The position numbers and the translations under genes are program-made. From Torpedo marmorata (taxonomy: Eukaryota): a stretch of 64,000 nucleotides of DNA. This document shows, piece by piece, positions 49,510 to 62,366 of the stretch (its first letter is position 1; every line of letters starts with the position of its first letter). Below the pieces are notes generated by a model. The model saw nothing but the letters and a program-made list of their open reading frames with translations, ran no database searches and had not been told where the DNA came from. The DNA lies in assembly GCA_977017645.1 (NCBI GenBank), contig CDRNVU010000048.1, forward strand, positions 1,612,001-1,676,000, in the 5' to 3' direction.

Positions 49510-50340
49510 TTAGTGGAGGAATACACGTGGAATCTACAGGCGGTTGAACCTTATATCAGAGAGAGGGGTTTCGGTGGAGAAGATTCTGAGGGACAATATT
49601 TATCCCAAGTCGAACGTCGCGGACATTCCAGATGTTGTCAGCATGGGTTTGTGCAGGGGATTCATGTGCAACAAATTCGGTTGAGATATGCGGAGGTAGC
49701 GGAGGATACTGAATGATTGTTGTTGGATGGAATTGTCCAGCGGGACAGCTGTTAGGCTTCTGACAAGTGTCCGCATGATAGTCCGGTCCAGAAGGTTAAG
49801 GGGCAGGGTTCAGATGCGGGTTGCCAAACTGTACACAACAGTGGTGGACAAGAAGAGGTAAAGTGTGATCGGTAAGTTTGTGGGGTCACGAATGTTGGCT
49901 CCGTCGTAAATTGAAAAGCGATTTGTTGTAGATACAGAGGAGAATGAATCAGCCGGAAATGTCGCGGAGCGGCCTGGTCGAATTTCATCCAGAAATGTAC
50001 ATGAGGTATGTTGCGATGTCAATTTATGTTGGGACATATGGAGACAATGCCGGTTAATTTGTAGCGTTGATATTCAGAGTGTTCTCGGGGGTCAACTCTA
50101 CAGCTGTCTGCAGGTTAGCACTCTGGTTAACAATATTGTGAAGAATATATTTGGCGTGCCTGCGTTCATAAACCTTGGCTGTATGTATGCCTTAGAATAT
50201 CCTGTTACAGTTGCAGGGAACTTTGTTTAAACAGCTCTTCGTGCTTTTGAACAGTTCTGGTCACCACACCACGAGTTTGTACTGGAGCAATTGAGAGGGG
50301 AGAGATGAGATTCAACGTTGACAGAAATAAAGAGGGGCTG
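49510..50340 (+). mobile_element. Highly decayed CR1 RT fragment
   Basis: cagcatgggtttgtgcaggg (QHGF) and cagttctggtcaccacac (QFWSP) remnants. Confidence 0.6.
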
Positions 50341-51138
50341 GAATTATATGGAGGGAATGAATTTACTGAATTCCACTGGATCCGCCACTGCACCAACGAA
50401 TCCCAGTTCAGCACAAGGTAACCCGACAAATGGTCACAGTTAGGAGAGGAGGTGCAGAAGAAGGCACGTGTACACAGAACGACATCTGCACACGGCAGAC
50501 AATACCGTTAACCGGCAGGAAGGCCCTTCGTCTTTGCACAACGGAGAGCATCCGGATACAGTTGTAAAGACATTTTAACATCATAAAGATGCCGATTACA
50601 CACATACATTGTGTACCCTGTGAGAGGAACAGCAGGGTAGATATTAACAACGTAGAGTAAGTCAACAAAGGCAGGTTGCTGACAGGAGAGGAGAGGTGAT
50701 GGCGAGCTGGAGGTTCTGTGCTGGTCAGAAAATCGGGTGTTCCAATCTCCTGTCATTCACTGCGTCTGGAATTTTGGTGAATGGCGAGGACGCAGATGAA
50801 GGTCTGAGGGAAGTCACCAATGGGCAGATCAGTCGGGTCAGGTAATACCGCTTCATTCAATGCACACACGGGATAAATCATATATATTTATCCATAAATC
50901 AGCTGGCAACACAAATCTGTGAAACAAATTGTTAATGTAGTCAGTAATGGTTTGGTGACGTCTTGTGTTCAACAACAATCCAGCTGAGGTCATGCCTATG
51001 ACCACGTGGCATTGGTAAATTGTGCAGAACATAACATAAAAAACAGGGCCATGACGTTGATGTAATGTGTTCGTATAAATTAATGTGAATCAGCTAATTA
51101 TAGTCGATGCAACCGTGTCACCGGGGATTGATCCTCTG

Positions 51139-51145
51139 TATAAAT
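51139..51145 (+). promoter_or_regulatory. Candidate TATA box of the GPCR gene
   Basis: TATAAAT about 90 bp upstream of the ATG at 51230, in non-repeat sequence. Confidence 0.55.
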
Positions 51146-51229
51146 CGGAGCTAATTTGAATTCATCAGCTCGGAGTGTCTGTCGGAGCTGTGGAGTCCGG
51201 GGCAACAGAAGTCACATCTTCTCACTGAA

Positions 51230-51299
51230 ATGGAATATCCAGTAATCTGGCGGATAGAAGATATCTTCTATCCTGTTCTTACAGCCTTTGGAATTCCCG
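51230..51299 (+). CDS. GPR139/GPR142-like class A GPCR, coding exon 1 (MEYPVIWRIEDIFYPVLTAFGIP)
   Basis: ATG at 51230, 23 codons plus 1 nt, then the donor G|GTAAG at 51300. The phase-1 join to exon 2 gives FGIP-A-NLV, completing TM1. Not listed in the ORF track. Confidence 0.85.
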
Positions 51300-52099
51300 G
51301 TAAGACGCTGTCTGTGTATCCGTTGATGGAAATTGACGTTTAATTATAATACCGGGAGCAGTTTCTCCCGCTGCAACCTGCCCAAATCCCCTCCATTTAA
51401 ATAAGGAGCAATCGACGTCTCGGCGCTTTTTGTCTGGTTGCAGCCGCACCGCGTGTGTAATGATTATGTTTAAACAGAGCAGCCCAATCCTGCAGGGTGA
51501 CGGTCGGTGATTGTAATGTGAGCGGGTCTCTGTATTAATTCGGAGAAGTGAGTGAACATCTTCTGATTTGAACCTCATCTGACATTTCCCTGCTTCATTT
51601 GATGTGTATGCAAAAATTGAATCTGAAAGAGTTTACGGGGGAGAGAATGAAATTATCCCGGCCCCAGTCCTCTTATGAGATAGAACAGAGATGACAACAT
51701 ACTTCACACATCTCACTTTTAGCGGGCCAGAATTTCACAGCGCCCTCGATCGAACGTGTGCACATCGATCGGAATGTCCACCTAAACTCTTCATGTGTGC
51801 CCTCGTTATGCCGTATCCAATTAATGATGCCCGTTATTTCTGCCGGTCACAATGTCTTTTAAACTCTTCAAAAATTAATTAATCAATATCTCCGGTGTCC
51901 TCAGGCAACAGGTTCAAACTCTTTGTGAAAATTAAAATCGTCAGGTCCATTTTGAATATTTATTCTTTCAATCAAAATCCATGATCTCTGATTTGAGACT
52001 CAGCGCGACTGGTGAACGAATATTTATATTTTCTGATAAATTTTCCTCTTTATTTTATGAATATTTGTACGATCCCTCCTCAGACCCAGGAATCAATGA

Positions 52100-52445
52100 T
52101 GCAGCAAGGAACGTGCCGGCCGATCCAGTATCTCCAGGTGACCCAACCCCCGCCAGTGAGGATCCTTTCCATCCAGATGCAGTATCCTTGACCCATTACC
52201 ATCCAGTAGGAAGTACAACAGGATCAAATCGCTACTGCCCGGCTGGGAAATATCTTCTTCCCGCAGGCTCCGAAAATGCTGAACAGTGTCCTGTTGCCGA
52301 GTGAATCATTTCAAATAATATTATGTGTTTATTTTAAGTTATATGTTTAGGCACAAATGTTATGTGCTGTGAATTGTGTATGTATGTGTGTGCACCGTGG
52401 TCTGAAGAAACGATGTTTGACTGGTTGTACATGGTAATAAATTAA
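52100..52445 (+). mobile_element. Decayed Rex1-like 3' end in the GPCR intron
   Basis: EDPFHP and LPSSRKYNRI-like remnants followed by a tail with AATAAA. Confidence 0.6.
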
Positions 52446-53096
52446 CTCAAGTTTCTGCTGAATTTTTCTGCAATATTTCCAGCTTAATGATAGCCTTCCA
52501 ATTCATGGGCGACCAGAAATGTCTCAACGCCGTTACGAGAAACACAACAGACGGAAGCTACTGGAATATGGACAAACAAAGTCCCAGGGTGTAACTCAGC
52601 GTTGTGAGCAGAATCAGTGGCTGATACAAGAATTGTCAACGTTTCTGGTCGGAACTGAAATGTTTCTTCATTCTACTTCTCCCACTGATGCAATTACCCT
52701 CTCGCTGACAGGGAGCGGAGGGAAGTTGCTCTCTTTGTTGGATCAATACGCCAACAAGCGACCAGTGTATTCGTTTCATTCAGCACGAGAAGCGGGAGGC
52801 ACCGGTTAAGTTTAGTCGTCGTTTATTGCCTCTTGTTCACAGCCGTCGCTCCCCCGCCTGTTTAATTTACCGATCAACAGCAGACAACGCTTCCCCAGAT
52901 CTGACCCACTTTTATCGGCTCTGAAAACCACTTCCATGCCCACATGGATGCAGTGCCTGCTCCCAATTCCTGAAAAGTTGCTGAGGCCCCATACGTCGAA
53001 TGCCGATTACTTTCCATTGATGCTGCGTGAACTGCTGAAACCCAGCGCGACTTTTGTATATTGTTCTAATTTTCCAGCATTGACAGACTCCATGAT

Positions 53097-53895
53097 TACT
53101 GGACGATAATTTTTTTTTTGAAAGGTTGCTCTGTGAAACAAACCTGCCGATTACAATATACACTTTAAGGCTGAACATGACGATAATTTCAGATTTGCTG
53201 TATCACGTTGGAAGTTGGAGAAACATTAAATTACCTTTTTATTGAATTTAACATGTTTAATCGCATAAAGATCGTCGAACATTGCGTTAGTTCAACTGAA
53301 CTTCAACTTGTTTTTCCGCTAATATTCGTTTGTACTCACCATCTAATGCCTCACGTGTCAGTCTCCAACAATAGTCCGACTGCATTGATGTGTTTCAGTT
53401 GCCCTGATACCGATTCCCATAGTCCCAATATCCTGGTGAAATCGTTCACCATGTTCGTCACTTACTACACCAAGATCAGCAGGGAAGAAGTCCAAGTGCG
53501 AATGCAGAAAATAAAATTTCAATGCTATGTTGCACTTCATGGTTTTGTGTGCTTGAAACATGTTGCCAATTATCGGGATGTTGTTTGGTCATCTTTAGTT
53601 GCCAGAAAAGTCTCAACAACATGTTTAAATGCCTTCCAATCATGCCCAGACCTAAGACAACATTTACATAGCACTTACACTGATTACATTCCTGGGCATG
53701 TTTGGACGGAACACAACATCCTGCTTTGTGGACAATTTACTATTAGACTTAAAATATGACAGGAAATCACAAACATAGGTTTTTCTCAAATACGGCACGT
53801 GACAGGAGAACTTTACGGTGAGTTTTGTGATCAGTATCTCAAAACATAAAATACACCTAAAGGTGTTCAGGAAGCAAACTCTCCGTGGTCCAGTG
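53097..53895 (-). mobile_element. Internally deleted Chapaev3-type (CMC) DNA transposon in the GPCR intron
   Basis: Transposase C-terminal motif FLHSHLDFFPADLGVVSDEHGERFHQDI (ORF 53358-53561). Termini tACTGGAC...GTCCAGTG form short inverted repeats. Confidence 0.78.
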
Positions 53896-54054
53896 TCCTT
53901 CCTGCCCTCTCCCGGTCTTTTCCACGGTCCAGGTCTCAGTTTCCACCGATCCGTGCGGGTAAAGTAATGTGGATGCGTTAACGAATCTGCCAAATTGTCG
54001 CTTTGGCTCCCGGTCTGGTCAGTAATTGATCTACATCTTTTCTCTCTATTGCAG

Positions 54055-54953
54055 CGAACTTGGTTGACATTGTTATCCTGTCCAGGGGAAAGTGCGGTCT
54101 CTCCAAGTGTGTCACTCGCTACCTGGTGGGGATGGCAGTGGCCGATCTCCTGGTCGTTATCTCCGACGCTCTGCTGAGGCAGACAGCTGACATTTATTTT
54201 CCATTTTCATTTCTCCTGTTTACCCCCGTCTGCCGTTTCAGGAAGTGGATGATCTTTGCAGTTACCGCGGCCTCCGTCTGGCTGACCGTCGTTTTCACCT
54301 TTGACCGATTTGTTGCCATTTGTCATGAGAAGCTGAAATCAAGATATTGCACCGAGAGAACGGCGGCTGTGGTTGTCGGGACTGTGAGTGTGCTGAGCTG
54401 TGTGGAGACAGTTCCCTGGTACATGACAATCGAACCTCTAGAATTCATTGACAATATTCCCTGGGGTTGTGTGGACAAACAGAACGTTGCAATGTCTCCT
54501 GCATGGGCTGCATTTGAGATATTTCACCGCATTTTAACTCCTTGTGTCCCGTTCTTTCTGATTCTGTTGCTCAATGCTCTGACGGTCAGACGGATTTTAG
54601 CGGCAAGTCGAGTCCGCAGGGAGCTCCGGGGCCGCAGAAACGGAGAGAATGAGAAGGATCCGGAGATGGAGAACCGACGGAAATCCATCGTTTTACTCTT
54701 CAGTATCACCGGCAGCTTCATCTTGTTGTGGGTGACACAGGTGGTGTTTTACATCTATCGACGAGTATCAAAGGTGTTTGAATACTCTGTGGTCGATCCC
54801 CGTTATATCACAGAAAGCATATCAGGAATGCTGCAGCTTCTCAGTTCCTGCACCAACACATGTATTTACGCCGTGACTCAGAGTAAATTCAGAGAGGAGC
54901 TAAAGAACGCGATTAAATACCCTCTGAGTCGGATCATGCAATTCGTTAAATGA
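54055..54953 (+). CDS. GPR139/GPR142-like class A GPCR, coding exon 2 (spliced product about 322 aa)
   Basis: Acceptor ttttctctctattgcag at 54054 and an open frame to TGA. Seven hydrophobic segments with the motifs MAVADLL, SVWLTVVFTFDRFVAIC, TPCVPF and SSCTNTCIY. Confidence 0.93.
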
Positions 54954-55734
54954 GGCGAAGAAATTGTTCAAATGTCTTCTCTGCACCAGACACGGTAGAG
55001 AAATTGAATCATGTTTTAATCCTGCAGCTAATAAACCGTCGCAGATCCCGGTGGCTCTGCGTCCTCGACCACTCTGGGATGTTCTCGTTGACCAGGACAT
55101 CATTTCCCTTTTCCCCTGATGGCCAGTCTAACACCTGTTCTCTCCATTCCGGTTGTGAGGAGGGATATGCAACTGAAGCGCTCACTTTGGTTTCATGTCT
55201 GCAGGTGTTGTCTGACACTCTGAATTTGGAGGCTAACAATATTTTTGTTTATTCCCAGTTTCTCTGCTCTCTGCGATTCCCAACATTGATATTTCCATCA
55301 GAACCTGGATATCCCCATCCCGATTGTGTTGATGCTCCGACNNNNNNNNNNNNNNNNNNNNNNNNNNNNNNNNNNNNNNNNNNNNNNNNNNNNNNNNNNN
55401 NNNNNNNNNNNNNNNNNNNNNNNNNNNNNNNNNNNNNNNNNNNNNNNNNNNNNNNNNNNNNNNNNNNNNNNNNNNNNNNNNNNNNNNNNNNNNNNNNNNN
55501 NNNNNNNNNNNNNNNNNNNNNNNNNNNNNNNNNNNNNNNNNNNNNNNNNNNNNNNNNNNNNNNNNNNNNNNNNNNNNNNNNNNNNNNNNNNNNNNNNNNN
55601 NNNNNNNNNNNNNNNNNNNNNNNNNNNNNNNNNNNNNNNNNNNNNNNNNNNNNNNNNNNNNNNNNNNNNNNNNNNNNNNNNNNNNNNNNNNNNNNNNNNN
55701 NNNNNNNNNNNNNTTATTATCTAGTTTGTCACCT

Positions 55735-56870
55735 TTATCTATCACAATGATTGGTCGTATCAACTCGATTAATATTAATATTTTTCTAAATTTCTGTATC
55801 TTTATTAAGCTTTACCAATTTTTATTCCTAAAGTATTTGTAAGTTCTATTAGGTCGTTTCATCTTACATATGCCAGGGGAACAACCACGTTTCAACAAAG
55901 CCCATCTTCAAAAGATTAAAAGGAATGGAGGGTTATCACTTCCAGATTTTAGATTCTATTATTGGGCGATAAATATTCCTAATCTGCTTTTATTATTGCA
56001 TTTTGATAAGTTAGTGAATCGCCCCTCCTGGGTGGAAATGGAATTAGAGTTTTAAAAAAAATACATCTAGGCTGGCAATTTTGGGATATTTTTTACCTTT
56101 TTCTTTTCCAAATTAACTCATAATCCGTTATTGAGAAATAGGTTGAGAATATGGGCTCAGTTCAGAAAATTGTTTGGTTTCAATAGTTTTCCTCTAGCCA
56201 CTCCCATTAAACATAATCACCTTTTTCACCGTCTGTGTTGGACGGAGGATTTAGGGAATGGTGTAGATTGGGAATTAATAGCTATAACGATCTTTTATTC
56301 GAGATAACTTCGCCTCTTTTGAACAAATGGGAGCCAAGTTTAATCTTTCTAATAGACATTTTTTTACATATTTACAAATCAGACATTTTGTTCAGTCCTA
56401 TCTATCTAATTTTCCTCGAATCTCAAATATTAATTTCCTTGATTCACTTTTTAATTAACGGTTCTTTTTCAGCGTGGATTAACATCATGCATATATAATG
56501 ATTTATTGGATATAAAATCAGCCTCTATGGCTGGGATTAAGAATGAATGGGAACGTGATTTGAAAATAATGTTTTCAGATGAAGATCGGTATCATACTCG
56601 TAGCTTGATTAATGGCTGTTCATTCTCTGCAAGACATTGTTTATTAAAATGTAAGGTGGTTCAAAAAATCCATATGTCCAAACTTAAATTATCTCTTTTT
56701 TTATGCAGATATTGATCCACAATGTGAGAAGCGTAAAATTTGTGACGCCTCACTGATTCATATGTTTTGGGAATGCTGAAATTTGGAGAGATTTAGGATA
56801 GATATTTTTCAGACTTTATCGATGATTTTCAAGATTAAAATAGAACCATGTCGGATAATTGTTTGTTTCG
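55735..56870 (+). mobile_element. L1 ORF2 3' fragment, decayed, second L1 family
   Basis: GGLSLPDFRFYYWA and KNEWERDL motifs, plus a C-terminal cysteine-rich / LIHMFWEC remnant. Confidence 0.85.
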
Positions 56871-56874
56871 ACCA

Positions 56875-57264
56875 ATGACTTATAAATAAGTGGGGATGAG
56901 GTCCTGAAGAAAGAATATAAGGAGTTAGGAAGGAAGTTATAAAGCAGGACCTCAAGGTTGGTAATCTCAGGATTGCTGCGTGTGCCACGCGCAAGAGATG
57001 GTAGAAATAGGAACATGTGGAGGATGAATGCGTGGCTAAAGTGTTGGTGGAGGGGGCAGGGGTTCACATTTGTGGATCATTGGGATCTCTTCTGGGGAAG
57101 GTCTGACCTGTAGAAAAGGGACGGGCTGCACTTGAACTGGAGGGGGACCGATATCCTGGCGGGCAGGTTTTCTAGAGCTGTTGGAGAGGGTTTAACCTAG
57201 TTTTGCAGGGGGGTGGGAATGAGAATGAGAATGCGGAGATTAGGGTAGAAGAACATCAAGACTT
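56875..57264 (+). mobile_element. CR1 ORF1 C-terminal (SGNH esterase-like) fragment; the element resumes at 62367
   Basis: Encodes ISGLL..P, MNAWL, GFTFVDHWDLFWG and DGLHLNWRG. Confidence 0.8.
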
Positions 57265-57407
57265 TTAAAAAATATTTTATTTAAAATTTTAAATCACAAA
57301 ATACATAAGGTAAAATATAAAATTATCAAAATACATGTGATATATTTACACCCTCCCTCCCTCCCTACCCTCCCTAACCCTCCCACCCCTTCTAATCTAC
57401 TAAAATT

Positions 57408-57425
57408 AAAAAGAAAAAAAGAAAA

Positions 57426-57473
<48 letters not shown>

Positions 57474-57480
57474 AAAAGAT
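57408..57480. repeat. (GAAA)n microsatellite in the L1 3' UTR
   Basis: Direct reading. Confidence 0.9.
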
Positions 57481-57813
57481 AGAATAAGGAGAATGTCAAT
57501 CTACAAAATACATCTATAACTAATTTTATTATGGAGGATAGGTTCGCCAGTCAGATTAGATGTCCAGAGATCTTCAAATCCTTAAACCAACAGCCTTCAT
57601 ATATGGGCTCCATATTTTCAAAAACAAATGATATTTATTACGTAAATTATAAGTCATTTTTTCAAGTGGTATACATGAACGAAGTTCTGCATGCCATCTT
57701 TCTAACCCTAAATCTACGTCAGATTTCCAAGTAATAGCAATACATTTCTTAGAAACAGCTAAAGCAATTCGCAAAAATTCTATTTGATACATATTTAATG
57801 TCATGTTAAAACT

Positions 57814-58176
57814 AACTTCACTCTATCGAGGACATCCACATGAGGCGGTGTCTTAAAAAAAAGCCTCTATCCTCAAAGACCCCCACCACCCAGGCCATGC
57901 CCTCTTCACTCTGCTTCCATCGGGAAAAAGGTACAGGAGCCTAAAGACGAGCACTCAACGGCACAAGGACAGCTTCTTCCCCGCTGCCATCAGATTCCTG
58001 AATAATCAATGAACCAAAGACACTGCCTTACTTTTCGTGCACTATTGTTTATAATTTTTATAGTAATGTCGTTAGATGGTTAATATGAATGTTGATTGCA
58101 CTATGATGCTGCCGCAAAAACACCGACTTTCATGACTTGTTCATGACAATAAATTCTGATTCTGATTCTGATTCTG
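57814..58176 (+). mobile_element. Short Rex1/Babar 3' insertion inside L1 ORF2
   Basis: Near-identical to 31082-31442, with an (ATTCTG)n tail and TSD AACT (57810-57813 and 58177-58180). Confidence 0.93.
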
Positions 58177-61100
58177 AACTCTTTTAATATTTCCAAACAA
58201 AAATATCATAGGGTCCATTGGGAATGTAATTTTCAATACTTTATCTAACATTTTTTTAACTTTCAGCCAAAAATAATAAACCTTTAGACAAGACCATGTA
58301 GAATGTACAAAAGAACCTTCCTCTCTATTACATCTAAAACATAAACCTGATAAAGTCGCGTTAAATTTCTTTAACATTTTAGGTGTTAAATATAATTGAT
58401 GAAAAAAGTTATATTGAACTAATCTATATCTAACATTAATAATCTTCGTCATACTTAGTTTACATAATTCTTTTAAATGATCTTCATCTAATGTTACATT
58501 CAAATCTAATTCCCACTTTAATCTTGATTTATGAATTCGTACTTTAGGAATTTTTCTCTGAAACCATCTATACATTTGAGAAATAAATGTATTTACATCT
58601 CCATTAGTAACCAATAATTCTAATTCACTCTGTCTTGTTAAAGTCAAACTATAAACTAATTTCCCAACCAAAAATGCTCTAATTTGATAATAAGCAAAAA
58701 GTGTATTATCCAATATATTAAATTTATCTTTCTTTCATTGAAAAATAATAAATTTACCAGCTTCAAAACAATCATTTATTTTCTTAATTCCTTTTTGAAA
58801 CCAAATTTGAAATAATTGATTATTAACAGTAAATGGAATAAGTTCATTTTGATATTAAGGCATTTTTGGAGAAATCAACCATTTTCCTCCTATTTTCTTA
58901 TCCACTCTATTCCATATTTCCAGCAAATGTTTAAAGATAGGAGAATTCTTCCTTCTTGTTAATATTAATTTAGAATTCCATTTATAAATAACTACTCCTT
59001 TTGAATCTTCTCCTATATTATTTAATTCTATTCTAATCCAAGCGGAAGACTTAGTGAAATCAAAACGTTCATTAACAAATTTTAATTGAGCTGCTTTATA
59101 ATAATTTTGAAAATTAGGAAGTTGTTAACCACCCATTTCATAATTCCAAGTTAATTTGTCTATACCTACCCTAGCCAACTTTCCTTTCCACAAAAACTTC
59201 CTAATAATTAAGTTTAAATCTTTTTTTAAATTTTGAGGAATTTCATAAGAAATTGATTGAAAGAGATATTGAATTCTTGGAAAAACATTCATTTTAATGC
59301 AATTTACCCTTCCCATTAAAGATATAGGTAAATCCTTCCAACTCTCTAACTCTTTTTTTAATTTTCATAAACAATGGTAAATAATTTAATTTATACAAAT
59401 TAACTAATTTTGTATCAATCATTATTCCGAAATATTTAATTTCTTCTTTTGACCATTTAAATTGTGTAATTTCTTTACATTTACTATAATCCCCTTGCGT
59501 TAATGCCATATTTCACTTTTATCAGAATTAATACTATAACCAGATATTTCCCCGTATTCTCTCAATAAAGCAGTCAATTGTATTAAATAAGTAGTAGGTT
59601 TTGTCATATATATCAATACATCGTCTGCAAATAAACTAATTTTATGCTCTTCCCTTCCAACTTTAATACCTACAATCTTAACATCTTGTCTAATTTATTC
59701 TGCCAAAGGTTCTATCGCTAAAATAAACAATGCTGGTGACAAAGGACATCCTTGTCTAGTTGACCTAGTCAGAGGGAATCTTGAAGAAATTTGTCCATTT
59801 GAAACCACTTTAGCATAAGGTTCTTTATATATAGTTTTAATCCAGTTAATAAATTTATTTCCAAAACCAAATTTATCCAATACCTTTAATAAAATATTCC
59901 ACTCTAATCTATCAAAAGCCTTTTCAGCATCTAACGTTAATACTAATGGTAAATCACCCTTCTTTTTATGCACATTAATTAAACCAATTAATCTAGCTAT
60001 ATTAACCATTGAATATCTATTTTTAATAAAATCAGCTTGATCTACATGGATTAAATCTGGTAAATAATTAGCCACTCTATTTGCTAAAATTTTTGCCATT
60101 ATCTTATAATCCACATTTAACAATGAAATAGTTCTATATGATTCTGTTTTCAACACATCTCTATCTTTTTTTGGTATAACTGTAATAATTGCATTTGAAA
60201 ATGTATCCGGTAACGAATGAGTTTCCGTAATTTGTTTCAACGCATCCATATATGGAGGTATCAATAAATCTTTAAACTCCTTATAAAATTCTGATGGGAA
60301 ACCATCTTCCCCTGGAGATTTACCACTCGTTAAAGAAGTAAGAACCTCATTAACTTCCCTCATTGAGAAAGGCGAGTCTAAAGAATCTTTACTTTGAGTA
60401 ATTAATGTAGGTAACTTAATTTTAGATAAAAATCTATTAATTTTAGAGTCATCTTGATCAATCTGAGATTTATATAAATTCAAATAATAATCTTTAAAAT
60501 AATCATTTCTTTCTCGAAATTTATACGTTATTTTGTTAGAATTCTTTTTATAGCATTTATAGTTCTAGAAGTTTGATCTTTCTTTAACTGCCACGCAAAC
60601 ACTTTATGTGCTCTTTCTCCCAATTCATAGTATCTTTGTTTAGTTCTTTCAATTAATCTTTCCATGTTATATGTTTGTAACAAATTATAATGCTATTTTT
60701 TTCCAACTAAATTATTCCTTTTTTCTTCTGATCTCTTTTTTTGCAAATCCTTCTCCAAATATTCAATCTCCCTCTCTAAATTATCCACCACTCGAAGATA
60801 ATCCTTCTTAATGTTTGCTGAATAACTTATTATTTGACCTCTTAAATAAGCCTTTAACGCCTCCCAAATAATAAATTTATTATCAGTCGAATTAGAATTT
60901 ATTTGTAAAAATTCCTGAATTTCCTTTCTCATATAATCACAAAAATCCATTCTTTTTAATAAAGAATTAAATCTCCAGCTATATATAGTTTTTTTTCTTT
61001 TTCCGGAATTATACAAGACATTAATAAAGGTGAATGATCAGAAATTATTCTCGCTTTATAAGATACTTGTGTTATTCTATCTTGAACTTGTGAAGACAAT

Positions 61101-62366
61101 AAAAACAAATCTATCCTAGAATATGAATCATGTCTAAAAGAGTAAAAAGAATAATCTTTTTCTCTAGGATTCAATTTTCTCCAAATATCTATTAAATTTA
61201 AGTTTTTCATCAAAGTAAAAACTCTTTTAGCAGTTTTAGTTTTAGCAACTGATCTTGATGTTTTATCCATTATCGGATATAAACAACAATTAAAATCCCC
61301 ACCAATTAAGATATTATCATTAGCTTCTGACAATTGCAAAAAAGAATCTTGAATAAGTTGTTCATCATCCGCATTTGGTACATATATGTTCATAAGTGTC
61401 CAAAATTCCGAGTATATCTGACAATGTATTAAAACATATCTACCTACCACATCTATAACCACAGATTGTATTTTAAAAGGTAATTTTTTATTAACTAGTA
61501 TGGCTACTCCTCTTGCTTTAGAACAAAATGAAGAAGCAACCACTTGACCAACCCATTCTCTTTTTAACTTCTGATGTTCCAAATCTGTCAAATATGTCTC
61601 TTGCAAAAAAAAGCTATATCTACTTTTATCTTTTTAATATGCGATAATGTTCTCTTCCTTTTAATCGGATTATTTAGCCCGTTTATATTAATATTTACTA
61701 TATTTATTGTTTTACTATCCATCATTATTAAATTTTATTAAATCTCTCTCCATCAAATCTACCAGCACCTTCCTCCAAAATCGTTATCTATTTGACATTT
61801 CCTTAAAAAGAAAAAAAGAAAACAAGAAAATTGAAAAGAAGCAAAACCCCAATGAATACAATACTGGTGAAGTTACCCCAGTATTACCCCCCTCCATTAC
61901 TCGAGAAGTGGCCCTCGCCACTAAGGTGAGGAAGGAGAAACAAAACGTCCACCCCCCAACAGATTTTACACAGCATTTATTATCATAACTTCATTTAAGC
62001 TTCTTCAAGGTCCTTAAGAACTTGATATTCATCAATCTCGACCTCGGCCTCCTCCTCGTTTCCTGAAGTACTTGGCAAAGAAACTTGCGACGGTGAAATC
62101 TCTTGAACTTGGTGATGATCCATCAAATCTTGATCTTTCTTCAAATACGGAAGAGAATTTGCATGTTGGAAAGCTTGTAAACAGTCCGTAAAAAAAGATT
62201 GATTTTCTTCAGATTGAACCTTCAAAACCGCAGGATATATAAAAGAAAACTTATATCCCTTTTTCGAAAGAATCGCTTTTGCTGGGTTAAATTCTTTTCG
62301 TCTTTTAACTATAGCTGAACTCAAATCAGGATAAAAGAAGACTCTGTTTCCCTTAACCATCAGTGG

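Larger units (their letters stand above)
57265..62366 (-). mobile_element. L1-clade LINE, 5'-truncated within ORF1, with a nearly complete but frameshifted ORF2
   Basis: ORF1 C-terminus (FFYPDLS..KRRKEF, 61995-62360). ORF2 starts at about 61722 (NINGLN, QET, GDFN, SDH) and includes RT (59695-60483: DAEKAFD, RQGCPLSP) and a C-terminal cysteine-rich motif. 6-bp TSD AGACTT (57259-57264 and 62367-62372). Confidence 0.95.

Noticed and set aside
53208-53759. 183 aa plus-strand ORF in the GPCR intron
   Set aside because: It is the antisense frame of the Chapaev3-type transposase remnant.
53995-54177. Alternative start for the GPCR as a single-exon gene
   Set aside because: This ORF is in a different frame, and the 54060 start is TTG just after a strong acceptor. 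The upstream exon at 51230-51299 supplies the missing start of TM1.
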